From: Escherichia coli
GTDB taxonomy: Bacteria > Pseudomonadota > Gammaproteobacteria > Enterobacterales > Enterobacteriaceae
Length of the DNA stretch: 64,000 nt
NCBI RefSeq assembly: GCF_001677475.2
Contig: NZ_CP015229.1
Strand: one strand, 5' to 3'
The position numbers and the translations under genes are program-made. The notes beneath the pieces were generated by a model. It worked only from the letters and a program-made list of their open reading frames with translations, did not search any database and was not told where the DNA came from. How positions within the stretch are numbered: the first letter of the stretch is position 1; each line of letters starts with the position of its first letter. Below are positions 42,963 through 56,654 of this stretch, one piece after another.

Positions 42963-44018
42963 ATGAAAAGGAATTTATTATCTTCCGCTATTATAGTCGC
43001 CATCATGGCCCTCGGTCTGACGGGTTGTGATGATAAAAAAGCCGAAACAGAAACTCCCCCGCCCGCCAATAGTCAACCTGCCGCTCCAGCTCCTGAAGCG
43101 AAACCTACTGAAGCTCCCGTTGCAAAAGCAGAAGCTAAACCTGAAACGCCTGCGCAACCGGTGGTCGATGAACAAGCGGTTTTCGACGAAAAAATGGATG
43201 TCTATATTAAGTGCTACAACAAGTTACAGATCCCTGTACAGAGCAGTCTGGCGCGTTATGCTGACTGGCTGAAAGATTTTAAACAGGGGCCTACCGGTGA
43301 AGAGCGTACTGTTTATGGCATCTACGGCATTAGTGAATCCAGCCTATCTGAGTGTGAAAAAGGCGTAAAAAGTGCTGTGGCGTTAACGCCTGCGCTGCAA
43401 CCAATTGATGGCGTGGCGGTGAGTTATATCGATGCTGCCGTGGCGTTGGGTAATACCATTAACGAAATGGATAAATATTACACCCAGGAAAATTATAAAG
43501 ACGATGCGTTTGCGAAAGGGAAAACGCTGCACCAGACATTCTTAAAAAATCTGGAAGCCTTTGAACCTGTAGCAGAATCTTATCATGCGGCGATTCAGGA
43601 AATTAATGATAAGCGTCAGCTTGCGGAACTGAAAAATATTGAACAAAGAGAAGGGAAAACATTCCACTACTACTCTCTGGCAGTCATGATTTCAGCGAAA
43701 CAAATTAATAACCTGATATCGCAAGATAAGTTTGATGTTGATGCGGCAATGAAGAAAGTCTCTGAACTGGAAACGCTGGTGGCGCAGGCCAAAGAAGCGG
43801 ATAAAGGCGGTATGAATTTCTCGTTCATTAATTCGGCAGACCAGTATCAACTCGAGGCTAAAAAATATGTTCGCCGCGTCAGAGATAAAGTTCCGTACTC
43901 TGACTGGGATAAAGAGCAACTTCAGGATGCAAACACAAGCTGGATGGTCGACGACTCTTTCCCGAGAGCATTACGCGAGTACAACGAAATGGTCGATGAT
44001 TATAATCGCCTGCGTTAA
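42963..44018 (+). CDS. yiiG: Lipoprotein YiiG (DUF3829 family)
   Basis: 351 aa; lipobox LGLTGC; Pro/Ala/Glu-rich linker. Confidence 0.9.
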   Translation: MKRNLLSSAIIVAIMALGLTGCDDKKAETETPPPANSQPAAPAPEAKPTEAPVAKAEAKPETPAQPVVDEQAVFDEKMDVYIKCYNKLQIPVQSSLARYADWLKDFKQGPTGEERTVYGIYGISESSLSECEKGVKSAVALTPALQPIDGVAVSYIDAAVALGNTINEMDKYYTQENYKDDAFAKGKTLHQTFLKNLEAFEPVAESYHAAIQEINDKRQLAELKNIEQREGKTFHYYSLAVMISAKQINNLISQDKFDVDAAMKKVSELETLVAQAKEADKGGMNFSFINSADQYQLEAKKYVRRVRDKVPYSDWDKEQLQDANTSWMVDDSFPRALREYNEMVDDYNRLR

Positions 44019-44046
44019 ACGTTTTTGTTTTTGCTGTGAAATACAA

Positions 44047-44081
44047 GGTCGGATGTGGCGTAAACGCCTTATCCGACCTAC
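44047..44081. repeat. REP element
   Basis: ggtcggatgtggcgtaaacgccttatccgacctac. Confidence 0.75.
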
Positions 44082-44119
44082 ACGTCATTAAGCCGTGTCA
44101 GCTGTGGATCCGACAACAT

Positions 44120-44631
44120 TCACCCCTCGCGAAGTAACGCCATAAACCCTTCATACCCCGTTAGCCCGACAATAGTTTCCGCCGAATGCTGACACAGGAC
44201 GCTGGCAAGATAGCTGAATATTTTTAACTCGTGACGCGCATCGGCGGCGGCGCAGGCGATCAAGACATGGTTAATGACTTCGTTATTCACCTCAACTGGT
44301 TGGGCGAGGGTAATAAAAAATCCACGAAAACGTCGCTCCTGTTCGCTCCAGCAATTTCGCCATCGCTGGCTTTCCAGTCAATGGCCTGCGCTTTGCGGGC
44401 GAACAACACAAAGGGCTGTTTTACGCAGGCGCTTTTACCGTGCGGCACGGCGATGCCGGAACCAAATCCCGTGGAGTGCATTTTTTCGCGCAGCAGCAGG
44501 GTTTGCAGGAACTGGTGTTAGTCGGTGATAAAACCGTTTTGTAACGCCATTGTCGCCAACTGCTTCAGAATGGAATAAGCGCCATTGCCCTGAATATTCA
44601 GGTCAATACAGCTTGCAGTAAGAGCTGCCAT
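44120..44631 (-). pseudogene. Disrupted PTS EIIA (fructose/mannitol/nitrogen type) gene
   Basis: Minus-strand translation gives EIIA-like blocks (LREKMHSTGFGSGIAVPHGK; LIACAAADARHELKIFSYLASVL) but with an in-frame TAA after ...NGFITD and a frame change after ...PSPNQ. Confidence 0.65.
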
Positions 44632-45108
44632 TAATCGAACTCCATGAAAAAATATTTCAGTTAATTGTAACGGCGGGGCGGGTTTGTGATGAGCGCGGAT
44701 ATGTCGTGAAGTCGTGACAATATAAAGCAGAGTGAAGGATAAATTTTGCGGGGTAAGGCACATAGTGATTGGTAAAATAAATGTTGTGAATAAAAATTAA
44801 TTCTTTAATGATTTTATGAATGTTTAACTGTCGCGGATATTTTGCTGCAACGTTATTTATATTTGTGGCTTATGAGTCAGCGTGAATCATATCTAATATT
44901 TTTTACGATATTTAGTTAAAAACGGCACTATTGTTATATTCCTCACGTTCCAGGAAATCAGCGGATTTACTCATATTATGCAGCGGGATACTATCCATCG
45001 GCCTGCTGAAGTTGGATTAAAAATTCGAAAGTGCACACCTTATATTTCTCTATATGCGTATTCCTTTTGGAAAGCGTAGGGTCTCTTTTATTTCAGGGAA
45101 CGTAAATA

Positions 45109-46503
45109 ATGAAAAAATCGACATTATCTTTAGCCATCGGTTTATTATTGGCATGTAGTACCGGAATGGCAAAAACACAGCATTTAACGCTGGAACAACG
45201 CATGGCATTGCTGGAAGAACGCCTGGAAGCGGCAGAAATGCGGGCAGCAAAAGCAGAGAGCCAGGTTAAACAGCTGCAGACACAACAAGCCGCTGAGATC
45301 CGCGAAATTAAGACTGCCCAGGGCAATACGCCGGTAAATGGACAGGCAACGGCGGAATCTGCAAAGAAAAATTCCACCTCACCTAATCTTTTGCTCTCAG
45401 GTTATGGCGATTTAAAAATCTACGGCGACGTAGAATTTAATATGGATGCGGAAAGTAATCATGGCCTGCTGGCAATGACCAACGCTGATGTGAATAGCGA
45501 TCCCACTAATGAACAGTGGAATCTCAATGGTCGTATTCTGTTAGGTTTTGATGGTATGCGAAAACTGGATAATGGTTATTTCGCCGGGTTCTCCGCACAA
45601 CCGCTGGGGGACATGCACGGTTCAGTAAATATCGATGATGCGGTATTCTTCTTTGGCAAAGAAAACGACTGGAAGGTCAAAGTAGGCCGTTTTGAAGCCT
45701 ACGATATGTTCCCGCTGAATCAGGATACCTTTGTTGAACATTCCGGTAATACTGCGAACGATCTTTATGACGATGGCAGCGGTTATATCTATATGATGAA
45801 AGAGGGCCGCGGGCGCTCTAACGCTGGCGGTAATTTCCTCGTCAGCAAACAACTTGATAACTGGTATTTTGAATTAAACACGTTACTTGAAGACGGAACA
45901 TCTTTATATAATGATGGTAATTATCATGGACGCGATATGGAGCAGCAGAAAAATGTTGCTTATCTGCGTCCGGTAATTGCCTGGTCGCCGACGGAAGAAT
46001 TCACCGTTTCCGCAGCGATGGAAGCGAACGTGGTAAATAATGCTTATGGTTATACCGATAGCAAGGGTAATTTTGTCGATCAGTCCGATCGTACCGGCTA
46101 TGGTATGAGCATGACCTGGAATGGCCTGAAAACGGATCCGGAAAATGGTGTCGTGGTTAATCTTAATACCGCCTATTTAGATGCTAATAATGAGAAAGAC
46201 TTCACTGCCGGGATTAACGCGCTGTGGAAACGTTTCGAGCTGGGTTATATCTACGCGCACAATAAGATTGATGAATTCAGCGGTGTAGTTTGTGATAACG
46301 ACTGCTGGATTGATGATGAAGGGACGTACACCATTCACACCATTCATGCGTCTTATCAGTTCGCTAATGTGATGGATATGGAGAACTTTAATATTTACCT
46401 CGGGACGTATTACTCCATTCTGGATAGCGACGGTGATAAAAAACACGGTGATGATACTGATGACCGTTACGGCGCACGCGTTCGCTTTAAATACTTCTTC
46501 TGA
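45109..46503 (+). CDS. Putative outer-membrane beta-barrel (porin-like) protein with N-terminal coiled coil
   Basis: 464 aa; signal peptide MKKSTLSLAIGLLLACSTGMA; about 50-residue heptad coiled coil; alternating-residue beta-strand region rich in Y/G/N/D; C-terminal ...FKYFF; family not assignable by eye. Confidence 0.75.
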   Translation: MKKSTLSLAIGLLLACSTGMAKTQHLTLEQRMALLEERLEAAEMRAAKAESQVKQLQTQQAAEIREIKTAQGNTPVNGQATAESAKKNSTSPNLLLSGYGDLKIYGDVEFNMDAESNHGLLAMTNADVNSDPTNEQWNLNGRILLGFDGMRKLDNGYFAGFSAQPLGDMHGSVNIDDAVFFFGKENDWKVKVGRFEAYDMFPLNQDTFVEHSGNTANDLYDDGSGYIYMMKEGRGRSNAGGNFLVSKQLDNWYFELNTLLEDGTSLYNDGNYHGRDMEQQKNVAYLRPVIAWSPTEEFTVSAAMEANVVNNAYGYTDSKGNFVDQSDRTGYGMSMTWNGLKTDPENGVVVNLNTAYLDANNEKDFTAGINALWKRFELGYIYAHNKIDEFSGVVCDNDCWIDDEGTYTIHTIHASYQFANVMDMENFNIYLGTYYSILDSDGDKKHGDDTDDRYGARVRFKYFF

Positions 46504-46543
46504 TGAAGTCGCGGTGCTGGATATTTTCCGGCACCGCAACTCA

Positions 46544-46858
46544 TTAAGGCAGGTAAAACACTTCTTGCAGCTCGCTACTGACTGGGCTGTTATCCGGGTT
46601 AGCTGGCATAACGTCGGTCATATATTTCCACCAACGTTGGCAAACATCAGTACTGGCTACCGCATTCCACCGTTCTTCAGATTCAATCTCTACCGTGGCA
46701 AACAGCAGATTACGCGCTTTGTCGAGGTAAATGGTGTAGTTATGCGCACCGTGAGATTTCAACACTGCTTCCAGTTCCGGCCAGATGGGATTATGCCGAC
46801 GCTGATACTCTTCGTGGGCGTCGGGGTTAACCTGCATGACAAAGGCTTTGCGGATCAT
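46544..46858 (-). CDS. rhaM: L-rhamnose mutarotase
   Basis: 104 aa; matches RhaM. Confidence 0.92.
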   Translation of the reverse strand: MIRKAFVMQVNPDAHEEYQRRHNPIWPELEAVLKSHGAHNYTIYLDKARNLLFATVEIESEERWNAVASTDVCQRWWKYMTDVMPANPDNSPVSSELQEVFYLP

Positions 46859-46867
46859 GTTTGCTCC

Positions 46868-47692
46868 TTACAGCGCCAGCGCACTGGCTAGTGGTGTAAC
46901 GCCGAAGCGCTTGCCGAGCGCTATCAACTCTTCACGGTTGATGGTCTGTTTCATGCCGCCCATCGAATAAACCTTCACTAATACTTGTGCTGATTTTTCT
47001 GCGGTGTCGATTAAACCGAATGTTTCATCCAGCGTCGGCCCGCTGCCGAAGACGCCGTGGAAGGGCCACAACACCAGCGAATGTTTTTGCATTTCTTGTG
47101 CGGTCGCCTGGCCGATTTCGTCCGTGCCGGGCACCATCCACGGCAGAATGCCAACGCCATCCGGGAACACTACCAGACACTCGGTGCTGCCTTCCCACAG
47201 TTGGCGAGTAAAGACCGCGGTGTCGTTTTCCAGTACGTAGGTAAGGGCGATCAGGTTGGTGGCGTGGCAGTGCATGATCACCCGATCTTTACCGTTGGTG
47301 GCTTTAATGCGCTCGCAGTGGGAAAGGAAGTGAGCCGGAAGTTCGGAAGTGGGGACGGCTTCGTTGGTTAATCCCCAGAGAATATGGTAGCCCGCGCCGT
47401 CGCTGTCGACTTTTACGACGCCTAAGTTAGCCGCAGGATCAAGCTGGACGTTACGGAAGAATTTGCCGGAGCCGGTGACAATAAACGGTGTATTTGCCAG
47501 TAAAGGCATGGGCTGGCTGAGCGGAATATAGCGTGGTTGTGGGTGGAAGTTGTCGTGATAAAGCGCGATATCGGCGTCATCCAGGCGCAGCGTCAGGTTG
47601 CCGCCGTTGCGCTCGTCCCAGCCTTTCAGCCAGGCATCGGTGGTGGCTTTGATCATTCCCTGGACAAACCAGGACTGGGTAATGTTTTGCAT
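46868..47692 (-). CDS. rhaD: Rhamnulose-1-phosphate aldolase
   Basis: 274 aa from ATG at 47692 ([25 protein letters not shown]...); ORF track 298 aa is over-extended. Confidence 0.95.
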   Translation of the reverse strand: MQNITQSWFVQGMIKATTDAWLKGWDERNGGNLTLRLDDADIALYHDNFHPQPRYIPLSQPMPLLANTPFIVTGSGKFFRNVQLDPAANLGVVKVDSDGAGYHILWGLTNEAVPTSELPAHFLSHCERIKATNGKDRVIMHCHATNLIALTYVLENDTAVFTRQLWEGSTECLVVFPDGVGILPWMVPGTDEIGQATAQEMQKHSLVLWPFHGVFGSGPTLDETFGLIDTAEKSAQVLVKVYSMGGMKQTINREELIALGKRFGVTPLASALAL

Positions 47693-47735
47693 GTTCTGTG
47701 TTCCTGTAAATTCGGTGTTGTCAGATGCACGACCC

Positions 47736-47771
47736 GTAGGCCGGATAAGGCGCTCGCGCCGCATCCGGCAG
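47736..47771. repeat. REP element between rhaA and rhaD
   Basis: gtaggccggataaggcgctcgcgccgcatccggcag. Confidence 0.75.
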
Positions 47772-47774
47772 TGT

Positions 47775-50787
<3,013 letters not shown>

Positions 50788-51624
50788 ATGGCCGTATTAC
50801 ATAGTGTGGATTTTTTTCCGTCTGGTAACGCGTCCGTGGCGATAGAACCCCGGCTCCCGCAAGCGGATTTTCCTGAACATCATCATGATTTTCATGAAAT
50901 TGTGATTGTTGAACATGGCACGGGTATTCATGTGTTTAATGGGCAGCCCTATACCATCACCGGTGGCACGGTCTGTTTTGTGCGCGACCATGATCGGCAT
51001 CTGTATGAACATACCGATAATCTGTGTCTGACCAATGTGCTATATCGCTCGCCGGATCGATTTCAGTTTCTCGCCGGGCTGAATCAGTTGCTGCCACAAG
51101 AGCAGGATGGGCAGTATCCGTCTCACTGGCGAGTTAACCACAGTGTATTGCAGCAGGTGCGACAGCTGGTTGCACAGATGGAACAGCAGGATGGGGAAAA
51201 TGATTTACCCTCGACCGCCAGTCGCGAGATCTTGTTTATGCAATTACTGCTCTTGCTGCGTAAAAGCAGTTTGCAGGAGAACCTGGAAAACAGCGCATCA
51301 CGTCTCAACTTGCTTCTGGCCTGGCTGGAGGACCATTTTGCCGATGAGGTGAATTGGGATGCTGTGGCGGATCAATTTTCTCTTTCGCTGCGTACGCTAC
51401 ATCGGCAGCTTAAGCAGCAAACGGGACTGACGCCTCAGCGTTACCTGAACCGCCTGCGACTGATGAAAGCCCGACATCTGCTACGCCACAGTGAGGCCAG
51501 CGTTACTGACATCGCCTATCATTGCGGATTCAGCGACAGTAACCACTTTTCGACGCTTTTTCGCCGAGAGTTTAACTGGTCTCCGCGTGATATTCGCCAG
51601 GGACGGGATGGCTTTCTGCAATAA
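50788..51624 (+). CDS. rhaS: AraC-family activator RhaS
   Basis: 278 aa; cupin N-domain plus AraC HTH. Confidence 0.95.
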   Translation: MAVLHSVDFFPSGNASVAIEPRLPQADFPEHHHDFHEIVIVEHGTGIHVFNGQPYTITGGTVCFVRDHDRHLYEHTDNLCLTNVLYRSPDRFQFLAGLNQLLPQEQDGQYPSHWRVNHSVLQQVRQLVAQMEQQDGENDLPSTASREILFMQLLLLLRKSSLQENLENSASRLNLLLAWLEDHFADEVNWDAVADQFSLSLRTLHRQLKQQTGLTPQRYLNRLRLMKARHLLRHSEASVTDIAYHCGFSDSNHFSTLFRREFNWSPRDIRQGRDGFLQ

Positions 51625-52546
51625 CGCGAATCTTCTCAACGTATTTGTACGCCATATTGCGAATAATCAACTTCGTTCTCTGGCCGAGGTAGCCACGGTG
51701 GCGCATCAGTTAAAACTTCTCAAAGATGATTTTTTTGCCAGCGACCAGCAGGCAGTCGCTGTGGCTGACCGTTATCCGCAAGATGTCTTTGCCGAACATA
51801 CACATGATTTTTGTGAGCTGGTGATTGTCTGGCGCGGTAATGGTCTGCATGTACTCAACGATCGCCCTTATCGCATTACCCGTGGCGATCTCTTTTACAT
51901 TCATGCTGACGATAAACACTCCTACGCTTCCGTTAACGATCTGGTTTTGCAGAATATTATTTATTGCCCGGAGCGGCTGAAGCTGAATCTTGACTGGCAG
52001 GGGGCGATTCCGGGATTTAGTGCCAGCGCAGGGCAACCACACTGGCGCTTAGGTAGCGTGGGGATGGCGCAGGCGCGGCAGGTTATCGGTCAACTTGAGC
52101 ATGAAAGTAGTCAGCATGTGCCGTTTGCTAACGAAATGGCAGAGTTGCTGTTCGGGCAGTTGGTGATGTTGCTGAATCGCCATCGTTACACCAGCGATTC
52201 GTTGCCGCCAACATCCAGCGAAACATTGCTGGATAAGCTGATTACCCGGCTGGCGGCCAGCCTGAAAAGTCCCTTTGCGCTGGATAAATTTTGTGATGAG
52301 GCATCGTGCAGTGAGCGCGTTTTGCGTCAGCAATTTCGCCAGCAGACTGGCATGACCATCAATCAATATCTGCGGCAGGTCAGAGTGTGTCATGCGCAAT
52401 ATCTTCTCCAGCATAGCCGCCTGTTAATCAGTGATATTTCAACCGAATGTGGCTTTGAAGATAGTAACTATTTTTCGGTGGTGTTTACCCGGGAAACCGG
52501 GATGACGCCCAGCCAGTGGCGTCATCTCAATTCGCAGAAAGATTAA
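51608..52546 (+). CDS. rhaR: AraC-family activator RhaR
   Basis: 312 aa from ATG at 51608 (overlaps rhaS end); a shorter 282-aa form would start at GTG 51698; ORF track start 51491 rejected. Confidence 0.9.
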   Translation: MAFCNNANLLNVFVRHIANNQLRSLAEVATVAHQLKLLKDDFFASDQQAVAVADRYPQDVFAEHTHDFCELVIVWRGNGLHVLNDRPYRITRGDLFYIHADDKHSYASVNDLVLQNIIYCPERLKLNLDWQGAIPGFSASAGQPHWRLGSVGMAQARQVIGQLEHESSQHVPFANEMAELLFGQLVMLLNRHRYTSDSLPPTSSETLLDKLITRLAASLKSPFALDKFCDEASCSERVLRQQFRQQTGMTINQYLRQVRVCHAQYLLQHSRLLISDISTECGFEDSNYFSVVFTRETGMTPSQWRHLNSQKD

Positions 52547-53577
52547 TTCGCCATGCCCATGCCGACGATGTTGGCGGCGACAATAATCACCACACAACCG
52601 AGGCTCAACACCGTTACCGGACGGCGACCTGCATTGTTCCACTCTTTCAGCACCAACCCGACGATACCGCCGCACAATACATAGAAGCTCATATGCAGCA
52701 TCCAGCTGATGTAGTCATACTGCGCCGGAATACGCGCGTGGCCCCAGGCATAGAAAAAGAATTGTAGATACCACATCAACCCGCCCAGTGCTGAGAGTAA
52801 CACATTGTGAATGATCAGCGGTTTTGCCAGCGAGAAGTCGGCTTTTAGCGACAAATCCTTCATTTTTGCCAGACGAATAAAACAGAAACCGAGGTTGATG
52901 ATCGCGCCGCCGCCCATGATGACAACATAGCTTGGCAGAGCGACATACAGTGGATCGACGCCTAGTGCGACAGCGGCTTCATGCATCGGTTTTGCGGCGT
53001 TCATCGCAAAGGACATCCCGGCAGAGAAAATGCCGCACATCACCGCCAGCACCAGCCCTTTTTTCAGATTGAACTCTTCGGCTTTAATGCCCATCTTGCG
53101 CTCTTTCAACTGCCCGGCTCGAGTTACAATCCCTACGCCAATCAGCGCCACCAGAACGCCGAGCAACGTCATGCGTCCGCCTTCGGTATTAATCAGCACA
53201 TCGAAATTGCCGTTGATAATTGGCGTCATCAGCGTACCGACAATCAACGTAATGCCAATGGCGATGCCAATTCCCATCGACATGCCGAGATAACGCATGG
53301 TCAGGCCGTAGTTGATATTACCGATCCCCCACATAGCGCCGAACAGAAAAACAGGCAGCAGCGTAGAGAGACTAAACGAGCTGTAATACGCCCAGAAATT
53401 CGGCAGTAACAGGGCGCTGATGGCCCACGGCAGAATAATCCACGAAACAATCCCACCAACTGACCACATGGTTTCCCATGACCATTTTTTTACTTTTTTG
53501 AACGGAGCGTAAAAACAGGCTGCACTGGCCGCGCCGATCAAATGCCAAAATATCCCCATCGTAATCGCGTTACTCAT
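52543..53577 (-). CDS. rhaT: L-rhamnose:H+ symporter
   Basis: 344 aa; 10 TM transporter. Confidence 0.95.
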   Translation of the reverse strand: MSNAITMGIFWHLIGAASAACFYAPFKKVKKWSWETMWSVGGIVSWIILPWAISALLLPNFWAYYSSFSLSTLLPVFLFGAMWGIGNINYGLTMRYLGMSMGIGIAIGITLIVGTLMTPIINGNFDVLINTEGGRMTLLGVLVALIGVGIVTRAGQLKERKMGIKAEEFNLKKGLVLAVMCGIFSAGMSFAMNAAKPMHEAAVALGVDPLYVALPSYVVIMGGGAIINLGFCFIRLAKMKDLSLKADFSLAKPLIIHNVLLSALGGLMWYLQFFFYAWGHARIPAQYDYISWMLHMSFYVLCGGIVGLVLKEWNNAGRRPVTVLSLGCVVIIVAANIVGMGMAN

Positions 53578-53769
53578 CTTCTTATCCTCATCATTTTTCG
53601 TCGCGTCACATCTCCGACGAGATGAGTGTAAAAATCGTGCTGTCGATTAACCTTTCGCCTGTTGCCGCCGTTGTCGATTTACTGGCAATCACGGCATTAA
53701 GTGGGTGATTTGCTTCACATCTCGGGCATTTTCCTGCAAAACCATACCCTTACGAAAAGTACGGCATTG

Positions 53770-53810
53770 ATAATCATTTTCAATATCATTTAATTAACTA
53801 TAATGAACCA
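53770..53810 (+). promoter_or_regulatory. sodA promoter with Fur-box-like AT-rich palindrome
   Basis: ataatcattttcaatatcatttaattaactataatgaacc upstream of sodA. Confidence 0.6.
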
Positions 53811-53861
53811 ACTGCTTACGCGGCATTAACAATCGGCCGCCCGACAATACTGGAGATGAAT

Positions 53862-54482
53862 ATGAGCTATACCCTGCCATCCCTGCCGTATGCTTACGAT
53901 GCCCTGGAACCGCACTTCGATAAGCAGACCATGGAAATCCACCACACCAAACACCATCAGACCTACGTCAACAACGCCAACGCGGCGCTGGAAAGCCTGC
54001 CAGAATTTGCCAACCTGCCGGTTGAAGAGCTGATCACCAAACTGGACCAGCTGCCAGCAGACAAGAAAACCGTACTGCGCAACAACGCTGGCGGTCACGC
54101 TAACCACAGCCTGTTCTGGAAAGGTCTGAAAAAAGACACCACCCTGCAGGGTGACCTGAAAGCGGCTATCGAACGTGACTTCGGCTCCGTTGATAACTTC
54201 AAAGCAGAATTTGAAAAAGCGGCAGCTTCCCGCTTTGGTTCCGGCTGGGCATGGCTGGTGCTGAAAGGCGATAAACTGGCGGTGGTTTCTACTGCTAACC
54301 AGGACTCCCCGCTGATGGGTGAAGCTATTTCTGGCGCTTCCGGCTTCCCGATTCTGGGCCTGGATGTGTGGGAACATGCTTACTACCTGAAATTCCAGAA
54401 CCGCCGTCCGGACTACATCAAAGAGTTCTGGAACGTGGTGAACTGGGACGAAGCAGCGGCACGTTTCGCGGCGAAAAAATAA
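53862..54482 (+). CDS. sodA: Manganese superoxide dismutase
   Basis: 206 aa from ATG at 53862; Mn/Fe-SOD motifs ([14 protein letters not shown]). Confidence 0.96.
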   Translation: MSYTLPSLPYAYDALEPHFDKQTMEIHHTKHHQTYVNNANAALESLPEFANLPVEELITKLDQLPADKKTVLRNNAGGHANHSLFWKGLKKDTTLQGDLKAAIERDFGSVDNFKAEFEKAAASRFGSGWAWLVLKGDKLAVVSTANQDSPLMGEAISGASGFPILGLDVWEHAYYLKFQNRRPDYIKEFWNVVNWDEAAARFAAKK

Positions 54483-54539
54483 TCATTTGCCGCCTGCTGC
54501 AATGAGGCGTTTACGCCGCATATCAGCTTAAAAAATGAA

Positions 54540-54567
54540 CCATCGCCAACGGCGGTGGTTTTTTTGT
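54540..54567 (+). terminator. Rho-independent terminator after sodA
   Basis: ccatcgccaacggcggtgg followed by T7. Confidence 0.7.
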
Positions 54568-54741
54568 GATCAATTTCAAAATAAAAACAATAATCCGATA
54601 AAAATAAAACAGTGTTTCAATTGATGTGGTTTTGATCACTTTTATTGATTAAATGAATGTCTATCTTCGTTTCCATCAACACTGATGCTCCATTGAGGAA
54701 TTACGCATCAGCCCTTAAAAATATGCCGACAGGTGATGGAA

Positions 54742-55725
54742 ATGCAGATAAAACGCTCGATTGAGAAAATCCCGGGGGGGATGATGCTCGTCCCGCTATT
54801 CCTTGGCGCACTGTGCCACACCTTCTCGCCGGAGGCGGGGAAATATTTTGGATCATTCACCAACGGGATGATTACCGGTACGGTGCCCATTCTGGCGGTG
54901 TGGTTTTTTTGCATGGGGGCGTCAATAAAATTAAGCGCGACGGGAACGGTATTGCGTAAATCCGGTACGCTGGTGGTAACAAAAATTGCCGTCGCGTGGG
55001 TGGTTGCGGCAATTGCCTCGCGCATTATTCCGGAACATGGTGTTGAAGTTGGATTCTTTGCCGGACTTTCAACGCTGGCGCTGGTGGCGGCGATGGATAT
55101 GACAAACGGCGGACTTTACGCTTCCATCATGCAGCAGTACGGCACAAAAGAAGAAGCTGGGGCATTTGTGTTGATGTCGTTGGAGTCCGGGCCGCTCATG
55201 ACGATGATTATTTTGGGCACTGCCGGGATTGCCTCGTTTGAACCGCATGTTTTCGTCGGCGCAGTATTACCGTTCCTGGTGGGCTTTGCCCTGGGGAACC
55301 TTGACCCTGAATTGCGAGAATTTTTCAGCAAAGCGGTGCAAACGCTGATTCCGTTCTTTGCCTTCGCGCTGGGCAATACCATTGATTTGACTGTGATTGC
55401 CCAGACAGGTTTGCTGGGGATCCTGTTGGGTGTGGCAGTAATCATCGTGACCGGTATTCCGTTGATTATCGCCGATAAATTGATTGGCGGTGGCGATGGT
55501 ACAGCCGGAATCGCGGCTTCCAGTTCCGCAGGGGCCGCGGTAGCGACACCTGTGCTGATTGCAGAAATGGTGCCTGCGTTTAAACCGATGGCTCCGGCAG
55601 CAACTTCGCTGGTAGCGACGGCGGTCATTGTGACTTCGATTCTGGTGCCAATTCTTACCTCTATCTGGTCACGTAAAGTCAAAGCCAGAGCGGCGAAAAT
55701 CGAAATTTTAGGTACGGTGAAATAA
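54742..55725 (+). CDS. kdgT: 2-keto-3-deoxygluconate permease
   Basis: 327 aa from ATG at 54742 ([20 protein letters not shown]...). Confidence 0.92.
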   Translation: MQIKRSIEKIPGGMMLVPLFLGALCHTFSPEAGKYFGSFTNGMITGTVPILAVWFFCMGASIKLSATGTVLRKSGTLVVTKIAVAWVVAAIASRIIPEHGVEVGFFAGLSTLALVAAMDMTNGGLYASIMQQYGTKEEAGAFVLMSLESGPLMTMIILGTAGIASFEPHVFVGAVLPFLVGFALGNLDPELREFFSKAVQTLIPFFAFALGNTIDLTVIAQTGLLGILLGVAVIIVTGIPLIIADKLIGGGDGTAGIAASSSAGAAVATPVLIAEMVPAFKPMAPAATSLVATAVIVTSILVPILTSIWSRKVKARAAKIEILGTVK

Positions 55726-55873
55726 ACCTGCTTCCTTAATCTCCACAGCCGGATGAACTAACGTTCGTCCGGTTTGCTATTGAGTTCCTGCCTGGATACT
55801 TACCGCGAAAACAGCACGCCTGACATAAAATAAATATGGTCTAATGGGGAAATTTCTCGTGGAGAGGGAACAG

Positions 55874-56548
55874 ATGCGATATCCGGTTGATGTATACACA
55901 GGCAAGATTCAGGCTTATCCCGAAGGCAAACCCAGCGCAATTGCCAAAATCCAGGTTGATGGTGAGTTGATGCTGACGGAGCTGGGGCTGGAAGGTGACG
56001 AGCAGGCGGAGAAAAAGGTTCACGGCGGGCCAGACAGAGCGCTGTGTCATTATCCTCGTGAGCATTATCTCTACTGGGCGCGGGAATTTCCGGAACAGGC
56101 GGAGTTGTTTGTTGCGCCTGCGTTTGGCGAAAACCTCTCAACCGATGGCCTGACGGAAAGTAATGTTTATATTGGCGATATTTTCCGCTGGGGAGAGGCA
56201 TTAATTCAGGTCAGCCAGCCACGCTCACCTTGCTATAAACTTAATTACCATTTTGATATCAGCGATATAGCGCAGTTGATGCAAAACACGGGTAAAGTGG
56301 GGTGGTTGTATAGCGTGATAGCGCCAGGGAAAGTGTCTGCGGACGCGCCGCTGGAGTTGGTTTCCCGTGTCAGCGATGTGACCGTGCAGGAGGCTGCCGC
56401 CATCGCATGGCATATGCCGTTTGATGACGATCAATATCACCGTTTACTCTCCGCCGCCGGGTTATCGAAAAGCTGGACGCGGACGATGCAAAAGCGCCGA
56501 CTGAGCGGCAAGATCGAAGATTTTTCCCGCCGGTTGTGGGGAAAATAA
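55874..56548 (+). CDS. yiiM: MOSC-domain protein YiiM
   Basis: 224 aa from ATG at 55874 (MRYPVDVYTGKIQAY...). Confidence 0.9.
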   Translation: MRYPVDVYTGKIQAYPEGKPSAIAKIQVDGELMLTELGLEGDEQAEKKVHGGPDRALCHYPREHYLYWAREFPEQAELFVAPAFGENLSTDGLTESNVYIGDIFRWGEALIQVSQPRSPCYKLNYHFDISDIAQLMQNTGKVGWLYSVIAPGKVSADAPLELVSRVSDVTVQEAAAIAWHMPFDDDQYHRLLSAAGLSKSWTRTMQKRRLSGKIEDFSRRLWGK

Positions 56549-56557
56549 CCCCCCGGA

Positions 56558-56643
56558 GTGTAGGCCTGATAAGACGCTATCAGCGTCGCATCAGGCATCC
56601 TGCTCAAATGCCGGATGCGGCGTAAACGCCTTATCCTGCCTAC
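56558..56643. repeat. REP pair (BIME) between yiiM and cpxA
   Basis: gtaggcctgataagacgctatcagcgtcgcatcaggc and gccggatgcggcgtaaacgccttatcctgcctac. Confidence 0.75.
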
Positions 56644-56654
56644 AAATGCGGAGT

